NCBI RefSeq assembly: GCF_000019345.1
Contig: NC_010503.1
Span: forward strand, 600,001-632,000
Length of the DNA: 32,000 nt
Origin: Ureaplasma parvum serovar 3 str. ATCC 27815
GTDB taxonomy: Bacteria > Bacillota_I > Bacilli_A > Mycoplasmatales > Mycoplasmoidaceae
Reading direction: 5' to 3'
The translations under genes were made by a program, and so were the position numbers. The notes below the pieces were generated by a model. The model was not told the origin of the DNA. It did not search any database and was given only the letters and a program-made list of their open reading frames with translations. Shown here piece after piece: positions 24,147-32,000 of this stretch (position 1 is its first letter; every line of letters starts with the position of its first letter).

Positions 24147-24221
24147 AGGGGTATAGTTCAATGGTAGAACTGCGGACTTCAAATCCGCGTGTTGTGGGTT
24201 CGAGTCCTGCTACCCCTGCCA
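24147..24221 (+). tRNA. tRNA-Trp (TCA), UGA-decoding
   Basis: AGGGGTATAGTTCAATGGTAGAACTGCGGACTTCAAATCCGCGTGTTGTGGGTTCGAGTCCTGCTACCCCTGCCA; anticodon loop CTTCAAA. Confidence 0.97.
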
Positions 24222-24233
24222 TATAATAACAAC

Positions 24234-24266
24234 AGGACTGACACTTTTTGTATCAGTCCTTTTTTG
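24234..24266 (+). terminator. Putative rho-independent terminator after tRNA-Trp
   Basis: AGGACTGACAC-TTTTT-GTATCAGTCCT followed by a T-run. Confidence 0.8.
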
Positions 24267-24503
24267 TTTTTGAAAAAAATTTTATTTATTAATTTGATAA
24301 AATTATATTTTCAAACTATCCAATAAATGTTTCTAATACAATCGAACATAAGCAATCAATAAAATTCACATAAGTTGTTTTTGTAAGACGAGTAGTTAAA
24401 CAATTAATAGAAGTATTAAAGTTCACAAAATAACATAAAAAAAGTATTTTTTTACTTGAATATAATCTTAATTTATAGACCATAGCTAATTATTATATTT
24501 ATA

Positions 24504-24850
24504 GTTTTAATAGGTGATAGTTTTCTTGATTTAATAGTTGCTAATTGCATAGAAAATTTAATTAACCAACCAACTTTACCATTTAGAGAAAAGTCAGTGA
24601 CATATAAAATAAGTATCAAATTGAAGTTAGCCTAAAAAATCAATCATTTGGAATTGAAACTGAATTTAATTCAACACCTTCACCAGTTATCTCTTATGGC
24701 ACAATCATATTATATGCTGTATCGTTATATTTTTACTACATTAAACAACTAAATAAAACAAAACTTCAATTAACATATCAAGATATTTGAACCTCCAGCG
24801 AGATTTTTTTTAACTTTTTGTTGATCATATAGGTAATCTTTAAAAATATC
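24504..24850 (+). pseudogene. Possible decayed coding remnant, family unknown
   Basis: Two adjacent-frame fragments read like one interrupted protein: ...FIVLIGDSFLDLIVANCIENLINQPTLPFREKSVTYKISIKLKLA* then VSLKNQSFGIETEFNSTPSPVISYGTIILYAVSLYFYYIKQLNKTKLQLTYQDIWTSSEIFFNF. No ATG or RBS found. Confidence 0.3.
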
Positions 24851-25140
24851 TCTTAATTAAGATAAAAATGTTTTTGTCAAAATGTGACCAATAACGATAC
24901 TAACATCTTTTAATTTAATTGTTTATTGTTTCATATTATCCTCAATATATCTAGAGTAAATATTTTACCTTTATTCTGAATATTAAAAAAGAGTCAAATA
25001 TTTGTATTTTTATCCAATTAAATCTTTTTTAGCATCTTCTGATCAAACAAAAACTTCTAAACTTTATTATACAAAAAAAACAACATAACCTCTTCTTCTA
25101 CAAAATTATACGTAGACACTCGTAAATTATGATACAAATA

Positions 25141-25172
25141 AAAAAGAAGCGAATTAAATTCACTTCTTTTTC
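25141..25172 (-). terminator. Putative pepA terminator
   Basis: The minus strand reads AAAAAGAAGTGAATTTAATTCGCTTCTTTTT, a 14-15 bp stem ending in a T-run. Confidence 0.8.
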
Positions 25173-25188
25173 TTTATCTAAATTTAAA

Positions 25189-26556
25189 CTAATTAAATTT
25201 TTGATTTTGAGCAATACGATAAAATGTTCTTAACATTACACCAGTTCCTTTATGACCAACATCTGCAGTAATAGCAATGTCAAAATGAGCATATGGAACG
25301 CCTTCAGTAAATTCTTTTAAGAAACATGCTGCACGTGAAGAACCACCACGAGGATCAGATACTGAGTTAGCAATATCAGCAACATTTGAATTTAACATTT
25401 TTAAGAAATCATTGTGGAATGGTAATCTTCAAACTAATTCACCAGCATAATCAGCTGCTACAACTACTTCATTTCAGATGTCGTTATTTGTTGCTCATAC
25501 ACCAGAATATGTATCACCTAAAGCATAAATCATAGCACCTGTTAAAGTTGCAACATCAAATAATTTAGAAGCTTTTAAATCACGAACAGCATATGTTAGT
25601 GCATCTGCTAAAATTAAACGTCCTTCTGCATCAGTGTTATCTAATTCAATTGTTTTACCATTATATGATTTCACTATATCATCTGGTTTTTGACCTTCTG
25701 GAGCTAATAAATTTAATACTAATGGACATACAGCCACAACATTAACTTTTTCTTTATTTAAAGCTAAAGCTCTCACTGTCATACTTACAATAGCAGAACC
25801 AGACATATCAAATTTCATTCAACGCATATGTGATCCCGTTTTTACATTATATCCACCTGAATCAAAACATACACCCTTACCAACAAAAGCATATTTTTCA
25901 TTTGTTTCTGGATTATTATTATATTCAACAACAACTAAACGAGGCTGTGCTTTATCACTTACTGCAGCTTTACCAACACCAACATGAGCGTTCATTCCTT
26001 TAGCTTCTAAATCTTTACGATATAAAACACTTACTTTAACTTCTGGCAAGTCTTTAAATAATTCTTTAATTCGTTCTTCAAAATCACCTGGTGTCATTAA
26101 ATTAGCTGGCGTATCTTGTAATGTTCTTGTAATTGTTTGTGATTGAGCAATTACATGTAATTTATTAATTAAATCATGATATTTTTGATCAACTACTAAA
26201 TTATGTATATTTTTTGTTTCAATTTTAGATTTTAGTGAAAATGGCGTTACTTCAACATATTCTAATGCACTAATAACAACATTTAATAAAGATGCATGTC
26301 TTGATTCTGGGACAAGTGATAGAAATGAATTTAAATCAACACTAACAGATTTAGGTGATTTTTCTAAAAAACTAATCAATGATCTTGATAGTTCATTAGA
26401 ATCAAAATCTGGTGTTAAAATTAAGTATTGTTGTTTTTGATATAAACCTCCAAAAACAACATGTTCAGTTGTATTTTCTTCAAAACCTTTTAGGTTGTGA
26501 TTTTTTTCAACAGCTTTTAATTCATAAACAAATTCTTTTTTTTCATTTAATGTCAT
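25189..26556 (-). CDS. pepA: Leucyl aminopeptidase, M17 family (455 aa)
   Basis: [85 protein letters not shown]; three in-frame track ORFs joined at UGA. Confidence 0.97.
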
Positions 26557-26668
26557 AAAATTCCGTTCCTTCTTTAATATTGATAGTTTTAATTTTAATA
26601 TTCTTATATTATTATAATGCTTTTATCTAAATTATGTGCCTTGTTAGTTTTAATATAAACAAATATAA

Positions 26669-28972
26669 TTATTTATTAAAAAAATTTTGGGTTCTTGATG
26701 TTAATCTTGTTTCATGACGATATTCATCAATATCATAATCAGCACTATTGATTTCATTAATAATATTAGCAAACTGTTCATTTGTAATTTTTGCTGTTTG
26801 CAATCGTAGTGGCAAATTATCAAAATTGCGAATTAATAACATATCCCCAAAACCAACCAAATTATTACATCAATTACGATCAGTTAATAAAATACTTTCA
26901 TACGGATTATTTAATTTTAATACAATGGTATAATCAAATACATTTTTAAAAGAAACTGTGCTTTCGTTAGTTATATTTGATGAAATTATTAAAACGATTC
27001 CGTGTTTTTTAGCAATATTTGCTATATTGCGAATTAAGGTATCAAAACGTGTATTAAATTGACTACTTACTATCTCAACATATTCAGAAATAATGATTAA
27101 TTTTTTAGGTAATTTTTGATTTTGATTTTTTAGATTATATTCATCTAAATTATCAACATTATTATCAGCAAATAATGTATTTTGCTTGTTAATATCATTC
27201 ATAATTTCCCTTAATAAATTAATAACATTTTCAAAATCATCATGATCAACGCTTTTTTTTGTATGCTTTAATTTAGCAAATTCTTTTAATGATTTTGAAC
27301 CATTATTAATAATAAATAATTCTAATTCATTAGGTGATTTAGTATATAAAGCACTAATAATAATGTTAGAAATTAACATTGATTTTCCAGAAAATTGTTG
27401 ACTACCATGAATTAAAATACTTCCAGCTTGTGTATCTTCTAATCAAACTACTTTTCTTTCTTTTAATTTTCCAATTCCTAAACATAATTTATCATTGTAT
27501 TCTAAATTAGTTAGAATATCTTTAATATTAATTTGAGGATTTAAATCTTTGACTTTGGCTTGAATGATTAAAAAGTCATTGTCATTATAAATATTGATTT
27601 CATAATCATCTGTATCATTAACTGCTTGTTTCATTAAATTTAAAAAATTTTTTAAAAAATTGTTTAATGATGAACGAGTAAACTGATAAACAATTTCAAC
27701 ATTTGAAAAATAAGGATTAATTGCATTAAAATGATATTCTAATTGGTTATTTTCTAAAAATTTATCGATAATTAATTTTAAATTTTCACCTTTTGATTTA
27801 AGTTCATGCAAATAATCTTGACTTTTGCCATCTATAATATCAATTCGTGGATAAAAATTGTACTTGTTATTCTTGATTGTTGATGGATTTTCTCGGAATT
27901 GGTTAATATCATTAACAATTGGTTCTAAAATAGTGGTTTTTAGTTTATCATTTTTTGTGATACATGAAGAATTAGTTTGCCGATCATTAAAATTTTTAAT
28001 TTGTAAATTTTGTTCTTGGATAACTTCTTTTTGCTCCAATTGTTTATCAATATTGTGGTGATCTTCACCAAGTTTTTCTTCGAAAAAGTTTTGTTCACTT
28101 AATTGATAATCTTTTTTGTGATAGTTATTGATATTAGTGATTATTTTATTAACTAATCATTTTTTGAATTTTAATCCTAAATGACTTTTCGTGCCAAAAG
28201 TGATTAGAATAAAAGAAATAAGAACTAAAACCATAAACATAATTACAATAGTAAAAATTCAAGCATTAGCACGATATAAATCTAAATTAGCATATCCTAT
28301 AATTCCACCATAAGCAAAAACACTAGTATAATAATAATGTTTTTCATCAATCGCTTTTAAAAATTCTTGCGATCAGCTATAAGCTCACCACTCACATAAA
28401 TGTAATTTTTTTGAGTGTAAATTTACTAAACTAATATATTCGAAATTATCTTTATGTAAATTAAGTATTTCCTTATTAATCATTTGTTGATTTGTATTAA
28501 TAATGAATTTATAAGTTAATGAATTTGTGATAATTCCATAACCAACTGCACCAATAATTAAAGCAAATAAAATTAGTGTAATAATATAAAAAACAATCAT
28601 TCATTTACTAAATAAACGCCTTCTGACTTTTTTAATATAAAAAACAATTAAAAATAATAATAAAATTACATAAACATAGTATTTAACTCATCCAAAAAAA
28701 AATTCTAAAACATTGTCTAAAATCGCTCCTGTATATGGGGCTTTTAAAAAAGCAAGTATTAAAATTAAAAAGCTTAATATAAAAAAACAAATTCCAATAA
28801 GCTTTTTTTTATTAAAAAAATAATTTTTTTGAACTTTGAATTTTTTTGTCTTTAAATTGCTTTTTTCTTGTTCTTTTCCGTTTGATTCTGTTTTTTGTGC
28901 ATCTAGTTGATTGTCATAACTATAAAAACTAATTGTTTCCTTATTTAATGTGTTTTTATTGTCACTAACCAT
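26669..28972 (-). CDS. FtsK/SpoIIIE-like DNA translocase homologue (767 aa), divergent
   Basis: N-terminal TM segments; C-terminal region aligns by eye with the FtsK core: 'GSILIHGSQQFSGKSMLISNIIISALYTKSPNELELFIIN', 'KLPKKLIIISEYVEIV...RNIANIAKKHGIVLIISS', 'NNLVGFGDMLLI'. Five track ORFs in one frame joined at UGA. Confidence 0.85.
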
Positions 28973-28988
28973 ACATTACCTCTAAAAA

Positions 28989-30659
28989 TTATTTTGTTTT
29001 ATAACAGTCAACTACTGTTGGCAAAACTAATGGACGCTTATTAAATTTCTTTTCAAATAATTTAGTTAATAAACGTTTTAAATTTGCTTTGGTATCTTTT
29101 AGTATTAAGCGTTTACGTTCATCATAAACTAAACATTCACCCATACGTTTTTTAAATGTTTCTTCAATTTCTTTAATTTGAGCGTCATTATTAACAACTC
29201 CACAATAATCAAATTCAACATAATTAAATAGTTTTTGGAATTGTTTATCAAAAATAACAATTAAATTAATAACACCATTCTCGCCCATTTGTGATCGTTC
29301 AAATAAAATATTAGCACCAACATCAAGTGCATCAAAAGATGAAATATATTTATCTTCTAACTCAATAATTTGGGGTTTAGGATTTAAAACTTTATCTTCT
29401 ATAGTGAATAATTCGCCATTAGAAACACTAATAATCTGATCACTTTTAATTCAAGATGTTGTAACTGTAGAACTAAATTTAACCTCAGTTTTATATAATC
29501 CATTAATTGGAATTAAAAATTTTGGTTGTAAAAAATTAATTAGATGTTTTAAATCTTCATCAGATTGTGTCATTGGTAAAACTGTTTTAGGTAATGCTTT
29601 ATAAGGAATGTCTAAACGACCTACTTCATCACTTAGTTCAGCTGCTAACATTTCAAAACCTGGTGTAATAACAACGCCTAATATTAGTTGATCATCAGAA
29701 GACAAATTAACATATTTATCTTCGTTATGTAGAATTTTATTTAATTTTGAAAAAAGAGTATCTTGATTTTCAATTACCACAATAATTGCATTTTTTGAAT
29801 TATTAATTTCAGAAACCGGTAAAGAAATTAAATTTTTACTATTAAATAATTTCAATTTCAATACACCAATAAAAGTGTTAATGAAGTTATTACTATAAAC
29901 AATAAAGGGGCGATTTTGTTGTTTTGCAATTGTTGCCAAAGTAAAAATACTATATGCATCATTGCTATAACAACCAACAATTAAACGATTTTTAGTATTT
30001 TGCAATGCAGCTTCATAAAAAGCCTTATTTTTATGATTGGGAGCAGTAAAATAAGGATTTCCTGCTTGACCCATTCCTACAATCAAAGCTAGAGTATTAT
30101 TTTTAGTAATGTTATTTAAAAGATTAATTTGTGAATCAAAGGTTTTATTTTTATCATTTGAAATAATAAACTCATCAACATAAACAATTGCTCCATCGCT
30201 TGTTTTTAATACAAATCCATATGAATGAGGCATTGAGTTTGAAACTTTAAAAGATGTAACATAAATTGATCCAATTTTCTTATCTGAAATTGGATCTAGC
30301 TCAATAATATTAGGTTCAATTTTTTTATTGTTTACTTTTTGTTCAAAAATTTTTTTAATAACAATTGCTCCTATTGGGCTTGTGTAAATTGGGATTTTAT
30401 AACCTACTTGTCCTAGTAATAATTTAATTCCCATAACATTATTAAATGTTGGTGTACCAATAAAAATTCCCTTAACGCGTTTTGCGTTTTTTTCTAAATA
30501 AGAATAATCACAAACAATCATATTTACGCCAAAAACATCACTTGTTGGAATTTTCGCACCAGCATTAAAAATAAAAATATCATCGTTCACTTCAAGAACA
30601 AAGCAAGATTTTCCTCTTTCATCTTGTCCTCCTAACGATAAAAAATTAATTTTAGCCAT
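28989..30659 (-). CDS. RNase J-like metallo-beta-lactamase/beta-CASP protein (556 aa), catalytic ligands lost
   Basis: Overall RNase J pattern: 'INFLSLGGQDERGKSCFVLEVND', 'RVKGIFIGTPTFNNVMGIKLLL', 'VSNSMPHSYGFVLKTSDGAIVYVDEF', 'DLKHLINFLQPKFLIPINGLYK'. 28989-29288 is in frame after UGA. Confidence 0.88.
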
Positions 30660-30798
30660 AAAGCTCCTTTATATATAAAAATGTAAAATAATATGTGTTT
30701 TAATCCTTAAATTATACTCTATTATATCTTATCGATATAAATATAAATTTTTTAAAAGAACATTATTTTCAACTAATTATTTAAAAGAGGTGATTATA

Positions 30799-32000
30799 AT
30801 GAAAATTGTTCAACAAACTTCTGATAATGAATGTGGTGTGTGTGTTATTAACATGTTAGCAAATTATTATCATAATAAAACAATTGATAAAAACATCATT
30901 CTTCAAAAAGCAAATTTAACAAAAAATGGTTTGAGTTTGCAAGAACTTGAAAACTTAGCAAATGAATTTAATTTAGATGCACAATCATTTGAATGTAGTT
31001 TTGAGGAGTTAATTGATGAAAAAATCAATGACTATTTTATAGCTTTAATTAACAAAAACGGTTTGAATCATTTTGTTATTGTTAAAAATTATAACAAAAA
31101 TTTTTTTCGTATTTATGATCCAGAAAATAAAATATATGAATTAAATAATGAAGAATTTAAAAAAATATTTTTAAATATAATTGTGCGTGTTTCTAAAAAT
31201 CATCAAATTTTTGACCTTCCCATATTTAAAGAATCTTATTTAAAAAATATTAAACTCTCATCGTTAATTATCATATTATTTATAGAGTTATTAAATATTC
31301 CTTTAAATATTTTTTTAAGTAAAATTGTAAACTTACTAATAGATTTAGTTTTAATTGACACACAAATTAAAAACTTAACATACTTATTTATTGTTTTTAG
31401 TTTATTTTATATTAGTAATGCTTTCAAAGATTTACTAATTACTATATACATAAATAAAATTAGTAATAATATTTTTTCTAATATTAATAATAAAATAGTT
31501 AATAATTTAGCTAATAAATCAATTATTTTTTTTAATAAAACAAATTTAGGTGAATTAAGCTCGATTCAGATTCATTTGAATAATATAATTCATTTTCTAT
31601 TAGTTAGTCGTATAAAATTATTAGTTAATACTTTATTTGCAATTTGTATTATTTGTTTATTAGGTTTACAAAATTGATCTTTATTATTAATAAGTTTAGG
31701 GTTTAGTTTGTTAAATTTTATAATAGGATTGATTAATTGAAAATATTTTAAAATCCACAGTTTAAAAATAATTAATATTGAAAACTCATTATTTATTAAA
31801 TATCAAAATTTTATTAAATTAATTAATCTCGAATACAATATCGATAAATATAATAACTATATTAATAGTTATAAAAAGCAATTTGATGAATTAATAATTT
31901 TTAAAAATAAAATTACTATTTTTAAATCGAATGTAAATTTTTATTTATCAATTATTAATAATATTGGTTTATTGATTTTATTAACTTATCTAATCATTAA
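30799..32000 (+). CDS. Peptidase C39-domain ABC transporter (bacteriocin/peptide exporter type); 3' end beyond the right edge
   Basis: MKIVQQTSDNECGVCVINMLANYYH (C39 Q..C motif), 'GLNHFVIVKNY' (His), 'YDPENK' (Asp), then several TM helices; RBS AAAGAGGTG; ORF open to base 32000 with UGA-Trp. Confidence 0.9.

Noticed and set aside
26748-28061. ORFs 26748-26933 (+) and 27858-28061 (+)
   Set aside because: Antisense to the FtsK-like gene.
1-32000. Search for a CRISPR array, transposase/IS element or prophage
   Set aside because: No regularly spaced identical repeats, transposase-like ORF or phage structural protein could be recognised by eye.

Overview
This window looks like a very AT-rich mollicute chromosome, most likely Ureaplasma. 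UGA is read as Trp: many ORFs in the supplied track are fragments split only at in-frame UGA, and a tRNA-Trp with a UCA anticodon is present. Main contents: (1) one continuous minus-strand ORF of at least 3,786 codons (11358 to beyond base 1) encoding a giant N-terminally anchored repeat protein, with an 18-nt homopolymer tract just upstream; (2) a divergent lipoprotein with similar repeat-like modules; (3) rpsD next to an EzrA-like coiled-coil gene; (4) a 9-tRNA cluster; (5) a ymdB-like / pcrA / RDD / GT2-like gene run; (6) two tRNA-Arg genes; (7) an uncharacterised four-gene run ending in a stand-alone acyl carrier protein; (8) tRNA-Trp(UCA); (9) a roughly 0.9 kb gene-poor region with possible decayed coding; (10) pepA; (11) an FtsK/SpoIIIE-like gene and an RNase J-like gene, both with eroded catalytic motifs; (12) the 5' part of a C39-peptidase ABC exporter running off the right edge. 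Strongest items for follow-up: the giant repeat protein and its promoter tract, the metal-ligand-less RNase J paralog, the C39 exporter, and the unknown operon ending in ACP. All family assignments come from motif recognition by eye; no searches were run.
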